Of a stretch of DNA of 64,000 nucleotides, positions 1 to 10,396 are shown piece by piece (within the stretch, counting starts at the first letter, position 1; each line of letters starts with the position of its first letter). The notes under the pieces are model-generated. The model was not told where the DNA came from. It saw only the letters and a list, made by a program, of their open reading frames with translations, and made no database searches. The DNA comes from Acidobacteriota bacterium (GTDB lineage: Bacteria > Acidobacteriota > UBA890 > WLXD01): assembly GCA_965248695.1 (NCBI GenBank), contig CBDFKD010000002.1:5664001-5728000 (forward strand), given 5' to 3'. The position numbers and the translations under genes are program-made.

Positions 1-94
1 GGGCAACGTAGTAGCTGCCTAGCAGGGCTGCCGCCAGCAGACCGAGGACCGCCAGCAGGGTGTACTGCGTCAGCTGTTTGAATTCATCGCGCAC
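1..94 (-). CDS. 5' end of a membrane or secreted protein, partial (runs off the window start)
   Basis: GTG at 94 opens MRDEFKQLTQYTLLAVLGLLAAALLGSYYVA, a hydrophobic N-terminal segment; TGcTAGACT (-10-like) lies 6 nt upstream. Confidence 0.55.
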   Translation of the reverse strand, partial: MRDEFKQLTQYTLLAVLGLLAAALLGSYYVA

Positions 95-334
95 GGCGGC
101 AGTCTAGCATGGTGATCCAACGGTCTCGGAGCCGAATAAACCGTGCTGCAGAAGCACATCACCTATGAACGGCGGATTGGCCGCCGCCGCTCAACGGCAA
201 CCACCGACCGTCTATCAGGGCACCGTACCGGCGACCAAAAGTTGCTTGCCGGCCAACGGACTCATGACTACTCTCTTCCATGGAGACACCATCTCCGCTC
301 CCCCCCACAGTGTCTGCGTGACAGCGGCGAGATC

Positions 335-1633
335 ATGCTGAAGAAGATACTCATCGGGGTCGTCGGGGCGCTCGTCGTCACTGCCGGCGTCTACGCCAAT
401 CGCGGTCGAGCGCCGAAGGCGATCGAGGTGCAGACCGAGAACGTCAAGCGGCGCGACCTGACCGCGACAGTCTCCGGTTCCGGCAAGATCCGCCCGTTCA
501 AGGAAGTCGACATCTCTTCCAACGTAAGCGGTCGGGTGGTGCAGCTTTCGGTGCTCGAGGGACAGGATGTATCTGCCGGGCAGTTCCTGCTTCGAATCGA
601 CCCGGTGCGCTACCGGAGCGCTGTCGAGCAGGTGGAGGCGTCGATCCAGTCTGCCGAGACCAACACTGAGTTGGCACGCCAGAACCTCGCCTACGCCAAC
701 GACGTCCTCGACCGGCGCGAGGGGCTCTACAAACAGGACCTGCTCGCCGAGGAGGCCTACCTCGAAGCGCTTCAGTCGGTCCGCCGCGAGGAGCAGAACC
801 TGCAGATGCGCGAAACCGACGTCGAGCGTCTGCGTGCCCAGCTCAGGCAGTCCGAGCACGATCTGTCGCAGGTAGCGTTCCAATCACCGATCGACGGCGT
901 CATCACCAAGCTCAGCATCGAAGAGGGTGAGACCGCGATCACCGGAACGATGAACAATCCGGGGACGGTGTTGCTGACCATCGCCGACCTGTCGTTCGTC
1001 GAGGCCGAGATCGAGATCGACGAGACCGACATCGTCGACGTCGAGCTCGGGCAGAATGCTGAGGTGCGCATCGACGCCTTCCCGGATGACGTGTTCGCGG
1101 CGCAAGTGATCGAGGTCGGCCGCAGTCCGATCAACGGGACGCAGGCAACGTCGAGCACGCAGGCGATCAACTTCAAGGTCGTAGTGCGCGTGCTCGAAGC
1201 CGTCCCCGGGGCGCGCCCGGGGCTTTCGTGCACCGCGGACGTGGTTACCGCTACGCGCAGCGAGGCGCTGGCGGTGCCCATCCAGTCGCTGATACTGCGT
1301 GAGGTAGAGCTCGACGAGGACGGCAAGGTCGTCCAGCGAGATCCGATCGCCGAGCTGCTCGCCGAAGTCGACGGCGCCGCTGCAAGCGACGAAGCTGACG
1401 AAGAGGAGCTGCAGGAGCTCGAAGGGGCGTTCCTCGTGCGCGACGGCAAAGCGGAGTTCGTCCCGGTATCGATCGGTGTGGCCGGAGAGCGCTATTTCGA
1501 GGTTCTCGATGGCATCGACGTCGGCGACGAGGTGGTGATCGGTCCGTTCGACGTCATCCGCACGCTGCAAACCGGCGAAGACGTCGACACCGGCGCGGAG
1601 AAGCCAGATCGGTCTCCCGAAGAGACTGAGTGA
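335..1633 (+). CDS. MacA/HlyD-family efflux periplasmic adaptor subunit
   Basis: N-terminal anchor [15 protein letters not shown]; lipoyl-like halves [20 protein letters not shown] and [16 protein letters not shown] flank a coiled coil; [10 protein letters not shown] motif; start moved to ATG 335. Confidence 0.9.
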   Translation: MLKKILIGVVGALVVTAGVYANRGRAPKAIEVQTENVKRRDLTATVSGSGKIRPFKEVDISSNVSGRVVQLSVLEGQDVSAGQFLLRIDPVRYRSAVEQVEASIQSAETNTELARQNLAYANDVLDRREGLYKQDLLAEEAYLEALQSVRREEQNLQMRETDVERLRAQLRQSEHDLSQVAFQSPIDGVITKLSIEEGETAITGTMNNPGTVLLTIADLSFVEAEIEIDETDIVDVELGQNAEVRIDAFPDDVFAAQVIEVGRSPINGTQATSSTQAINFKVVVRVLEAVPGARPGLSCTADVVTATRSEALAVPIQSLILREVELDEDGKVVQRDPIAELLAEVDGAAASDEADEEELQELEGAFLVRDGKAEFVPVSIGVAGERYFEVLDGIDVGDEVVIGPFDVIRTLQTGEDVDTGAEKPDRSPEETE

Positions 1634-1637
1634 TCCC

Positions 1638-2390
1638 ATGAGCGACGCGAACAACAGTGACGAAGGCGTCCCGCCGATCATAGAGATTCGCGGCATGACC
1701 AAGATCTACGACATGGGGAAGATCCAGGTCGAGGCGCTTCGTGGCGTTGATTTGGACGTACGCCAGAATGAGTTCATCGCCGTCATGGGACCCTCGGGCT
1801 CGGGCAAATCGACCCTGATGAACCTGATCGGCTGCCTCGATTCACCGACCGCCGGCACCTATCGTCTCAACGAGCAAGAGGTCAGCAGCCTGGACGACAA
1901 CGAGCTCGCGGCAGTACGCAATCGGGAGATCGGCTTCGTCTTTCAGACCTTCAACCTGCTGCCCCGCGCGACGGCGTTGCACAACGTCGAGTTGCCGCTC
2001 ATCTACGGGGGAGTCTCGGGTCGCGAGCGCAAGAAGCGGGCCCTGCGGGCGCTCGAGATGACCGGGCTGGCGGACCGTTCGGACCATCGTCCGAACGAGC
2101 TTTCCGGCGGTCAGCGACAGCGCGTGGCCATCGCTCGGGCGCTGGTCAACGAACCGGCGATCCTGCTCGCCGACGAGCCCACCGGCAACCTCGACTCGAA
2201 GACCTCCCTGGAGGTCATGGATCTGTTTATCGAGCTGCACCATCAGGGGCAGACGGTCATCGTGGTGACGCACGAACCGGATATTGCCAAATACGCCCAG
2301 CGGGCAGTGCACTTCCTCGACGGCGAAATCGTTCGCGACGAGCGGCAGACGCCACGCCGAGCACACCCCGAGCCCGTATCCGTCGGATGA
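1638..2390 (+). CDS. MacB/LolD-type ABC transporter ATP-binding protein
   Basis: Walker [10 protein letters not shown], signature [15 protein letters not shown], Walker [14 protein letters not shown]-loop VTHE. Confidence 0.95.
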   Translation: MSDANNSDEGVPPIIEIRGMTKIYDMGKIQVEALRGVDLDVRQNEFIAVMGPSGSGKSTLMNLIGCLDSPTAGTYRLNEQEVSSLDDNELAAVRNREIGFVFQTFNLLPRATALHNVELPLIYGGVSGRERKKRALRALEMTGLADRSDHRPNELSGGQRQRVAIARALVNEPAILLADEPTGNLDSKTSLEVMDLFIELHHQGQTVIVVTHEPDIAKYAQRAVHFLDGEIVRDERQTPRRAHPEPVSVG

Positions 2391-3634
2391 GCAGCGCACG
2401 TCGTGCCGTTGGGCTGTCGGAAGGCGTGCTCATCGCCCTCGACTCCATCTGGGCGAACAAGCTGCGGTCGTTCCTGACCGTGCTCGGCAACATCATCGCG
2501 GTGTCGTCGATCATCCTGGTGGTCACGATCATCCAGGGTGTGAACGCCGAAGTCACCGGCCTGCTAACCGGCGAGGGTGCCGACGTCTACTCGATCCAGC
2601 GAGCCGGAATCGCCTTCTCACACGAGGAGGCGATGGCGATGCGCAACCGGCCGCGGCTGACGCGCGCCGATGGCCGTTTCGTGCGCGAGGAGGCAACCAC
2701 CATCGCCGCGCTCTCGGTCGGACAAGAGCGCAACGCCCGCGTCGAGTACGGCGCCCGGTCAATCGATCGCGTGAGCATCGAAGGACGATCCTACGACTGG
2801 GCGCTCCTCGACCCGACAGGGCTTCGTGCCGGTCGCTACTTCTCGGCCCTCGAGGTGGATCGCAACCGTTCCGTCACGCTGCTCGGGCCGGACATCGTGG
2901 AGGAGCTGTTCCCCGGCCTATCGTCCGAAGCGGCAATCGGCCGCCGGGTGCGCATCCGCAACCTGCACTTCGTCGTCGTCGGGGTGCTCGAGACGCGCGG
3001 CTCAGCGTTCGGGTTCAGTCAAGACGAAGTCGCCGTCATCCCGATCGGGATGTGGCAACGCCTCTTCGGCTATCGAGCTTCGCTGGAGTTCCGCGTCAAG
3101 CCGCGCGACCCCAGCCTCGTCGAGGCCTCGATGGAAGAGACGCGAACGCTGATGCGGATTCGACATCGGTTACGACCGCGCGATGAAGACGACTTCGCCG
3201 TGACCAGCTCGGACACCTTCCTGAACCTCTATCATCAGTTCACCGCAGGCATCTACGGAGCCCTTGTCGGCATCGTCGCTATGGCCCTCGTGGTCGGCGG
3301 AATCGTGATCATGAACATCATGCTGATGGTGGTCACGGAACGCACTCGCGAGGTGGGAATCCGCAAGGCGGTGGGGGCCACCTACCAACAGATCCTGTGG
3401 CAATTCCTCGTCGAGGCGGTAACCGTTTCCCTCGTCGGTGGGATCGCCGGAATCACCCTGGGCTATCTGGCCGCCGCGGGGATCTCGAGCTTCACTCCGC
3501 TGCCGTTCGTGCTCGTGCCCTGGTCCGTTGCAGCGGCGTTGGCCACCGTGATGATCGTTGGCGTTGTCTTCGGGATCTACCCCGCCAGCCGGGCTGCGAA
3601 GCTCGATCCGATCGCCGCGTTGCGGCACGAGTAA
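2387..3634 (+). CDS. MacB/FtsX-family ABC permease
   Basis: [39 protein letters not shown]-terminal [17 protein letters not shown]; ATGA overlap with the ATPase gene. Confidence 0.93.
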   Translation: MSSARRAVGLSEGVLIALDSIWANKLRSFLTVLGNIIAVSSIILVVTIIQGVNAEVTGLLTGEGADVYSIQRAGIAFSHEEAMAMRNRPRLTRADGRFVREEATTIAALSVGQERNARVEYGARSIDRVSIEGRSYDWALLDPTGLRAGRYFSALEVDRNRSVTLLGPDIVEELFPGLSSEAAIGRRVRIRNLHFVVVGVLETRGSAFGFSQDEVAVIPIGMWQRLFGYRASLEFRVKPRDPSLVEASMEETRTLMRIRHRLRPRDEDDFAVTSSDTFLNLYHQFTAGIYGALVGIVAMALVVGGIVIMNIMLMVVTERTREVGIRKAVGATYQQILWQFLVEAVTVSLVGGIAGITLGYLAAAGISSFTPLPFVLVPWSVAAALATVMIVGVVFGIYPASRAAKLDPIAALRHE

Positions 3635-4893
3635 TGCGCGCCATCGTCATCAGCGAAGTTCTCGTCATGGCTTGGGAGAGCCTACGGGCGCACAAGATGC
3701 GCTCGTTCCTCACCATCCTGGGTATCGTCATCGGCATCACCATGGTGGTCGGCATGACGAGCCTCATCCGTGGCTTCGATCAGTCGATGACCGGCCAGAT
3801 CGAGTCGCTCGGGTCGGACACCGTCTATCTCATCAAGTGGGGAGGCCGTCTGATCACCTCCGGCGAGCAGTTCCGCAAGCTCAACGCTCGACCGGACATC
3901 ACGGATCGCGATGCCGACGCCATCGCCCGACTCGCCGAAACGGTCGAGCGCGTTTCGATCATGTATGGGGCCGGGTTCCCGCCGACCCAGGCGACGGTAA
4001 GGTTTTCCGGTCGTCGCACGAACCAGACCCAGGTGATGGGCATCGCGCCGCGTTTCCTGGACGCTGGCGACATGGAGCTCGACCTGGGGCGTTTCATCAG
4101 CTCGATCGACGTGCGACAACGATCCGACGTGGTGGTGCTCGGACATGGACCTACCTCGGTCCTGTTTCCGGACCGCGACCCGATCGGCCGGCGCGTACGC
4201 GTCAACGGCCGCGAGTATCGGGTCATCGGCACCATCAAGTCGCGCGAGGCATCGAGCCTGGCGGGCGGGGACCAGGCCGACAATTTCGTCCTGGTGTCGT
4301 CGACCAACTACAGCAAGCTGTTCGGCCCGCGGCCAAAGGGGGCGATGGTGGTCATGCGAGCCAAGGCCGAGTACGGCGTGGAACGCATGCAGACCGAGGT
4401 CGAGGGCATCATGCGGGCACGGCATGGGTTGCGTGTCGACGAAGAGCGTGACTTCGACCTCACGACGCAGGAAAGCCTGCTCGAGCTGTGGAACAACCTC
4501 ACGCAGTACTTCTTCCTGACCCTGGTAGCGCTGTCTTCGGTGGCGCTGATGGTCGGTGGGATCGGCGTGATGGCGATCATGCTGGTGTCGGTCACCGAGC
4601 GCACGCGAGAGATCGGTGTACGCAAGGCTCTCGGCGCCAGACGCTCCGACGTCCTGCTGCAGTTCCTCACCGAGGCGATCGTGCTGGCCGCCGCCGGCGG
4701 CCTTCTGGGGGCGCTCGTAGGCGCCGGGGTCGGCTACGCGGCGCACAAGGCCACCGGCTTCCCGATATCGTTACCCTGGTGGTCATTCGCTATCGCCGTG
4801 GGGACGTCGTCCTTGATCGGCGTCGCCTCCGGTATTCATCCTGCTAACCGTGCGGCGCGGCTCGATCCGGTCGAAGCGCTGCGGTACGAGTAA
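3634..4893 (+). CDS. MacB/FtsX-family ABC permease (second paralog)
   Basis: HKMRSFLTILG, VSVTERTREIGVRKALGA, RLDPVEALRYE; TAATG coupling at 3632-3636. Confidence 0.93.
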   Translation: MRAIVISEVLVMAWESLRAHKMRSFLTILGIVIGITMVVGMTSLIRGFDQSMTGQIESLGSDTVYLIKWGGRLITSGEQFRKLNARPDITDRDADAIARLAETVERVSIMYGAGFPPTQATVRFSGRRTNQTQVMGIAPRFLDAGDMELDLGRFISSIDVRQRSDVVVLGHGPTSVLFPDRDPIGRRVRVNGREYRVIGTIKSREASSLAGGDQADNFVLVSSTNYSKLFGPRPKGAMVVMRAKAEYGVERMQTEVEGIMRARHGLRVDEERDFDLTTQESLLELWNNLTQYFFLTLVALSSVALMVGGIGVMAIMLVSVTERTREIGVRKALGARRSDVLLQFLTEAIVLAAAGGLLGALVGAGVGYAAHKATGFPISLPWWSFAIAVGTSSLIGVASGIHPANRAARLDPVEALRYE

Positions 4894-5043
4894 TGGGATC
4901 GTTTTCTGAAACAACGAGCGGTGGGCGACCGTCTCCTCAATGAACAGGCAGGCGTCGTGCGCCCTTCCCGAAGCCCCACAGGTCGGCATTCCCCTCGCCG
5001 ACTGAACTCCTCGAGCCCCATCGCCAACGTGTCGAGACCTTTC

Positions 5044-6672
5044 ATGTTCCGACTTCGAACGCTCCAGCTCCTGCACCTGGTGGCAGCGGCGGCAATCGTC
5101 GGCGGCGCACAGCCCGCATCGGCGCAAGACCAGGTGCCGGCCGGCGCCCTGCAGGAGGACACCGGTGCGACGCTCGAGCTGACGCTGCGCAACGCGGTCG
5201 AGATGGCCCTGCGGCACAACCTGCAGGTACGCATCAACAAATTCGCGCCGGAAGTACAGGCCGAGAACATCACCTCGGCCCGGGGGCGCTTCGACCCCAA
5301 CCTGACGTTCGACCTGCCGAGCGCGTACGGACAGAACACCAGTCAGGGCACCACCACGCTGGCAGGCGGCGATGTAGTTACCGACGAGACGTTCTCCGCC
5401 GGATTCGGATTCAGCCACCTGCTGGAGTACGGCACCAACTACTCGGTGAACTGGACAGCGCAACGACGTTTCAGCACCAACTCGTTCTCGACCTTCAACC
5501 CGAACTTCAGCTCGACGTTGCGGGTCCAGCTCACCCAGCCGCTGCTGCGGGACCGCGGACGGGAATCCAACCGCGCCCAAATCATCATCGCGCAGGACAA
5601 TCTCGAAGTCACAATGGAGACCTTCCGCGATCAGGTACAGCAGACGATGCTGAGCGTTTACCAGGCGTACTGGCAGCTCGTTTTCACCGAGGATGATCTG
5701 GCGGTCAAGGAGCTATCACTCGACCTGGCGCAGCAACAGTTCGAGCGCAACAAGGTGCAGGTCGAAATAGGCACTCTGGCACCCATCGAGACGATCCAGG
5801 CCGAGCAACAGGTGGCCACCAACGAGCTGCAGCTCACCCAGGCGCAGCAGGCGCTTGCCGACGCACGCGACGACCTCAAGCGGCTGATCAACGTCGAGGC
5901 CTCGGCGCAAGCCGGATGGGACGTCGGATTGGTTGCCGCCGACGATCCGCAAGTGACCGGCGAGGCCATCGACGTAGCGGACGCCGTCGGCCAGGCGCTC
6001 GAGCGCGATCCGCAGCTGCAGCGTTTGCGAATTCAGGCACGCACACGGGCACTGAACGTACGGACGGCGCGCAACTCGCTTCTTCCGCAGGTGAACTTCA
6101 CCGGCTCGATTGTGCTCTCGGGGCAGGGCGGTGACACCCTCATCCGGGGCGGCGGCTTCCTCTCCACCGATATCCTCGAGGTGCAGGAGGGCGGATTTTC
6201 TGACGCGCTCCGTAACCTGTTCTCGGGTGATTTTCGTAACTGGCAGGTCGGCCTGCAGGTTCAGTTCCCGATCAACAACTGGGCCGCCCGAGCACAGCAC
6301 GCGCAGGCGCTCATCAACGAGCGCCAGCTGAGCGCGCAGATCGCTGATCGCGAGCAGCAACTGCGGGTCGACATTACCAAGGCTGTCCGTCAGGTAACCA
6401 GCGGTGCCCAGCAAGTGGCGCAGGCCACCGTGGCCCGTGAGCTGGCCGAGCGACAGCTCGATGCGGAAGAGCGCAAATTCGCTGTCGGTACGACGACGAA
6501 CTTCGAAGTGCTACGGTTCCAGCGCGACCTGGCCAACGCCAGAACTTCGGAGCTACAAGCGATTACTACCTACATGAACTCGGTCGCCCGGCTCGAGCAG
6601 ACCAAGGGCACGTTGCTCGAGAGCCTCGGCATGAGCATCGCGATGGCCGGGATACCCGACTCGCCGCGATAG
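5044..6672 (+). CDS. TolC-family outer membrane efflux protein
   Basis: Signal peptide ending ASA-Q; LTLRNAVEMALRHNL; two helical repeats; ERKFAVGTTTNFEVL; last transporter gene of the MacAB operon; start uncertain (4921 or 5044). Confidence 0.88.
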   Translation: MFRLRTLQLLHLVAAAAIVGGAQPASAQDQVPAGALQEDTGATLELTLRNAVEMALRHNLQVRINKFAPEVQAENITSARGRFDPNLTFDLPSAYGQNTSQGTTTLAGGDVVTDETFSAGFGFSHLLEYGTNYSVNWTAQRRFSTNSFSTFNPNFSSTLRVQLTQPLLRDRGRESNRAQIIIAQDNLEVTMETFRDQVQQTMLSVYQAYWQLVFTEDDLAVKELSLDLAQQQFERNKVQVEIGTLAPIETIQAEQQVATNELQLTQAQQALADARDDLKRLINVEASAQAGWDVGLVAADDPQVTGEAIDVADAVGQALERDPQLQRLRIQARTRALNVRTARNSLLPQVNFTGSIVLSGQGGDTLIRGGGFLSTDILEVQEGGFSDALRNLFSGDFRNWQVGLQVQFPINNWAARAQHAQALINERQLSAQIADREQQLRVDITKAVRQVTSGAQQVAQATVARELAERQLDAEERKFAVGTTTNFEVLRFQRDLANARTSELQAITTYMNSVARLEQTKGTLLESLGMSIAMAGIPDSPR

Positions 6673-6676
6673 CCCA

Positions 6677-9600
6677 CTGAGCCGCCGCCGCCGGCTCGCC
6701 GCCGGGATCGCCGTCGCCGCCACCGCGATCCTTGGCTGTCGCAACGCCACCGGGCCGGGGTCCCCGCTCGACGGGGCAGCGCCGATCTCGATCACCTTTC
6801 TCAGCGACGCCGCCGAACCGACGCTGCCCGACGAGGAAGGTGCAGCACTGCGATGGTTGCGATCCCAGCCCGAGTTCACTACACGGTTCGTGCAGTTGTC
6901 CGATCTCGACATCGAGCGTCCCGACCCGGACTCGGTACTCTGGTGGCACCATGCCTCCTCCGTAGCGCTCCCCGCCAGCGCGATGCGACAGGACGCGCTC
7001 GATGCGGTACGCGCCCACCTCCGCGGCGGGGGTCCGCTGATGCTGTCGCTCCTGGCCGCTACGTGGGTGGCTCCTCTGGAGCTGGAGGCTCGACCTCCGA
7101 ACGATGTCGGGCTGCGCGTCGGTAGCGACTGGGCACGCTGGACAGCGGACGACAATCGCCTGCTGAGCGGCTTGCAGAGCTACCGTGGGCACCCGCTGCT
7201 GCGCCGCTTCTGGGGCGGTGTCTTCACCGCCACGCTGCAACACGAGAGGCACTACGCCTCCGCTCGGTGGACCGACGACGCCTGGCCTGTCGACGGCCAG
7301 GTGGTGGCGGTAGGGAAACGCTACATCGGTATCGACGTGGATCATCGCGTCGTTGTCGAGTACCCGCCCGGCGATGGGCGAGCGGGTGGCGTTCTGGTTG
7401 TCGGTGAGGGTCTCTACTTCGCAGATACCGACAACGGCAACCGCACACAGCTCGAGCTCTTCACCCGCGACGCGCTGGCGTACCTCGCCGGTGAACAGCC
7501 GCCGGCACCGCCGGGAGCATCGGTGTCTTCCACGGGCGCGGTCGCAGTACCGGTGGTTCGCACCATGACCGCCGGCGACGCGGACGCTCCTCCTCCTCCC
7601 CCTGGCGGGACCGACCCACCACCGGCTACAGCAGATCCCGCCGCCGAGGAGCTGCCTGGAGTGCTCGTGGACACAACGCATTGGTCGCCTCGCGAGCCAG
7701 GTCCGCGCTGGTTCGATCAGCCGGCCTCCGAACAGGTTGCCACCGAGCTCCGCGCCGATGTGGTTGAGGCGATCTCCGCAGCGCGATCAGGTCTGGCGCT
7801 CGAACTAGAGGTCACCGACAACGCCCCGTTCGATCTCTACAGCCCCCGGGCTCTGATCGTCGGTAGCCGGAACGGACGGATCGATGAGTTGTGGGGCTAC
7901 CCGATCCGGGTGCTGCGTGATCTGCGCTTCGGTTTCAGTCGCGACGACGGCGCACGGGATACGCCGCGGATCCGCTGGCTGGATACGGCAGCCGACTCCA
8001 TCACTTACACGGTTCGACCCGAGGGCGCATCGTTCCGGTATGCATTCGACGACGTCAGCATCGTCGCCCACCTGGCGGTGCCAAGGGATCGGCCGGGCCT
8101 GGTCGCACTTTTCGACATCGAGAGCAGCACGCGGATAACCATGCACGCGCGTTGGCGCGGTGATCACGCTTTCATGTGGCCGCGCGAGCCACGGCACCTG
8201 GGCCCTATCGAGATGGGATGGGATGCGGGCGCGGCTGCGGTTGTTTGGCGTGATCCGGCCGCAGAGTTCATCGCCTACGCCGGCTTCAGTGCCCCCGCAT
8301 CGAGTGCCGAGATCGGCGGGCGACAGATCGACCTCACAGCCGAGGTAGCCACCGAGCCGAGCGTGACGCCGCAATCCGAGGACGGGACGATCGACCTGCT
8401 CGAGAATGTCCGTGTGTCACTCGAGGTCTCCCACGATCCGAGTCTCGGGCCTGCCGTCGCGTTCGTGGTCGCCAGCGCGTTCGAGGACGGCGCCGGGGCA
8501 CGCGACGCCTACCTCGAGCTCCTCGCGGACCCGGCCGCCACGTGGACCGAGAGCGCCAACCACTATCAGCGATTCCTTGCCGAGTCGCTGTCGATCGCCT
8601 CTCCCGATCCGACGTTCAACGAGGCGTTCCGCTGGGCCAAGGTCGGCCTGGACGCGTTCCGCGTCACGACCCCGGGAATGGGTACCGGGCTGGTCGCCGG
8701 CTACGCCGCCAGCGCCGATCCGGCCGCTGCCGTATGGCACCGCGAGAACGACTTCCTACGGCGGCCCGGCTACGCCTGGTACTTCGGCCGCGATGCCGTG
8801 TGGACGGCCTTCGCGGCCGACGCCTACGGCGGCACCGATCTGACCAGCGAAGCGCTTCGCTTTCTGGCGCGTTACCAGGACGTGGACGGCAAGATCGCGC
8901 ACGAGATCTCTCCGGGCTGGTCGATCCACTACGACGCCGCCGATTCCACACCCTTGTTTCTTCTCGGGCTCGACCATCACATTCGAGCCACCGGCAACCG
9001 GGAGCTACTGCGGCAGCTGTGGCCGGTGGTCCGGCGCGCCATGCGCTTCCTCGATAGCACCGACACCGACGCTGACGGGTTGATCGAGAACACCGCTGTC
9101 GGACACGGGTGGATCGAGGGCGGAGAGCTCTACGGTGCGCATACGACCTTCTACCTCGCCGGGCTCTGGGTGGCCACACTCGAGGCCGTCGAGCGCATGG
9201 CTGTGTGGATGGTCGATGAGGAGCTCGCAACGCTGGCACGCGAGCGCCATGCGGTCGCCGCGACGACGCTCGAGGACGGATTCTGGGACCCACAGGAGCG
9301 GACGTACTCCTACGGTCGCCGTACCGACGGCAGCTACAAGTCGGCGCCGACAATCCTGCCTGCGGTGCCGATGTACTTCGGGTTGCTCGATGCGGCCAAG
9401 GTGCGGCCGCTACTGGATCGCTTCGCCAGCTCCGAGATCACCAGCGACTGGGGTGCGCGATTGATTGAGCGCTCGAGTCCGACGTACGACCCGGATGGCT
9501 ACCATCAAGGAATGGTCTGGCCACTGTACTCCGGCTGGACTTCGCTGGCGGCCTACGGGCACGGGCGCCCGCTGGCGGGGTACCTGAACCTGAACCAGAA

Positions 9601-10396
9601 CCTGCGCCTCGTCCGCCATGGAAATCTGGGACACATTCCCGAGGCGTTGCACGGCGAGACCTATGAGTGGGCCGGCGAGACGACGCACCAGGCGTGGTCA
9701 CACGCCATGGCAATCCTCCCGGCGGTCGAGGGAATGCTGGGGATTCGCCCCGATGCCCCGAACGGACGCCTGAAGATCTATCCGCACTTGCCGGGTGGGT
9801 GGACCGAGACCACCGTGCAGCCGGTGCGCGTGGGGGCCGAGTCCTTTCGGTTCGGGATCTTCCGCGGCTGGGAGTCGAGCGGCTTCACGATCGCCCGACT
9901 GGCCGGAAGTGATCCGGTGCAATTGGAGTTGGCACTGCCGTTCCCGCGCGACGTACTGGTCAACCTCGACCCGGACAACACCACCGGTGTAGCGATCGCC
10001 GGCGGCCTGTCGGTAATCGACCACCCACGGGAAAAGGAAGCTCGTGTGATGGTCACCATGACGGAGCCGCAGGCTGTGGTGACCTTCCGTCACAGTCCCT
10101 ATCCCGAAGTCGTGCAGCCCTTGCCGTCGCCGGAGCCTGGCGATACGAGCACGGCGCTACGAGTCATCGAGTCCGTGGTCATCGACGGCGCGTTGCAGCT
10201 GCGACTCGAGGGAATCCCGGGCCGTAGCTACCGCCTGGAGATTGCAACGCCGTGGGCGGTGCGCTCGGTGGACGGTGCCGCCACCACCGACGTGGTCGCC
10301 GCGGGACCTGGGCGAGCAGTACTGGAGCTCACCCTTCCCGGAACGATCGAGAGCTTTCAGCGCGCTGACATCACGGTGAGCTTTCAGCGATCCTGA
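6677..10396 (+). CDS. Large lipoprotein with amylo-alpha-1,6-glucosidase / (alpha/alpha)6 glycoside hydrolase domain
   Basis: YAWYFGRD, GKIAHE, YDAADSTPLF, DxDxDGLIEN, YHQGMVWP, GHIPEAL motifs of GDE-like hydrolases; the frame stays open upstream of 6857 through a signal peptide (SRRRRLAAGIAVAATAILG-C); start at CTG 6677 is inferred. Confidence 0.75.
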   Translation: MSRRRRLAAGIAVAATAILGCRNATGPGSPLDGAAPISITFLSDAAEPTLPDEEGAALRWLRSQPEFTTRFVQLSDLDIERPDPDSVLWWHHASSVALPASAMRQDALDAVRAHLRGGGPLMLSLLAATWVAPLELEARPPNDVGLRVGSDWARWTADDNRLLSGLQSYRGHPLLRRFWGGVFTATLQHERHYASARWTDDAWPVDGQVVAVGKRYIGIDVDHRVVVEYPPGDGRAGGVLVVGEGLYFADTDNGNRTQLELFTRDALAYLAGEQPPAPPGASVSSTGAVAVPVVRTMTAGDADAPPPPPGGTDPPPATADPAAEELPGVLVDTTHWSPREPGPRWFDQPASEQVATELRADVVEAISAARSGLALELEVTDNAPFDLYSPRALIVGSRNGRIDELWGYPIRVLRDLRFGFSRDDGARDTPRIRWLDTAADSITYTVRPEGASFRYAFDDVSIVAHLAVPRDRPGLVALFDIESSTRITMHARWRGDHAFMWPREPRHLGPIEMGWDAGAAAVVWRDPAAEFIAYAGFSAPASSAEIGGRQIDLTAEVATEPSVTPQSEDGTIDLLENVRVSLEVSHDPSLGPAVAFVVASAFEDGAGARDAYLELLADPAATWTESANHYQRFLAESLSIASPDPTFNEAFRWAKVGLDAFRVTTPGMGTGLVAGYAASADPAAAVWHRENDFLRRPGYAWYFGRDAVWTAFAADAYGGTDLTSEALRFLARYQDVDGKIAHEISPGWSIHYDAADSTPLFLLGLDHHIRATGNRELLRQLWPVVRRAMRFLDSTDTDADGLIENTAVGHGWIEGGELYGAHTTFYLAGLWVATLEAVERMAVWMVDEELATLARERHAVAATTLEDGFWDPQERTYSYGRRTDGSYKSAPTILPAVPMYFGLLDAAKVRPLLDRFASSEITSDWGARLIERSSPTYDPDGYHQGMVWPLYSGWTSLAAYGHGRPLAGYLNLNQNLRLVRHGNLGHIPEALHGETYEWAGETTHQAWSHAMAILPAVEGMLGIRPDAPNGRLKIYPHLPGGWTETTVQPVRVGAESFRFGIFRGWESSGFTIARLAGSDPVQLELALPFPRDVLVNLDPDNTTGVAIAGGLSVIDHPREKEARVMVTMTEPQAVVTFRHSPYPEVVQPLPSPEPGDTSTALRVIESVVIDGALQLRLEGIPGRSYRLEIATPWAVRSVDGAATTDVVAAGPGRAVLELTLPGTIESFQRADITVSFQRS

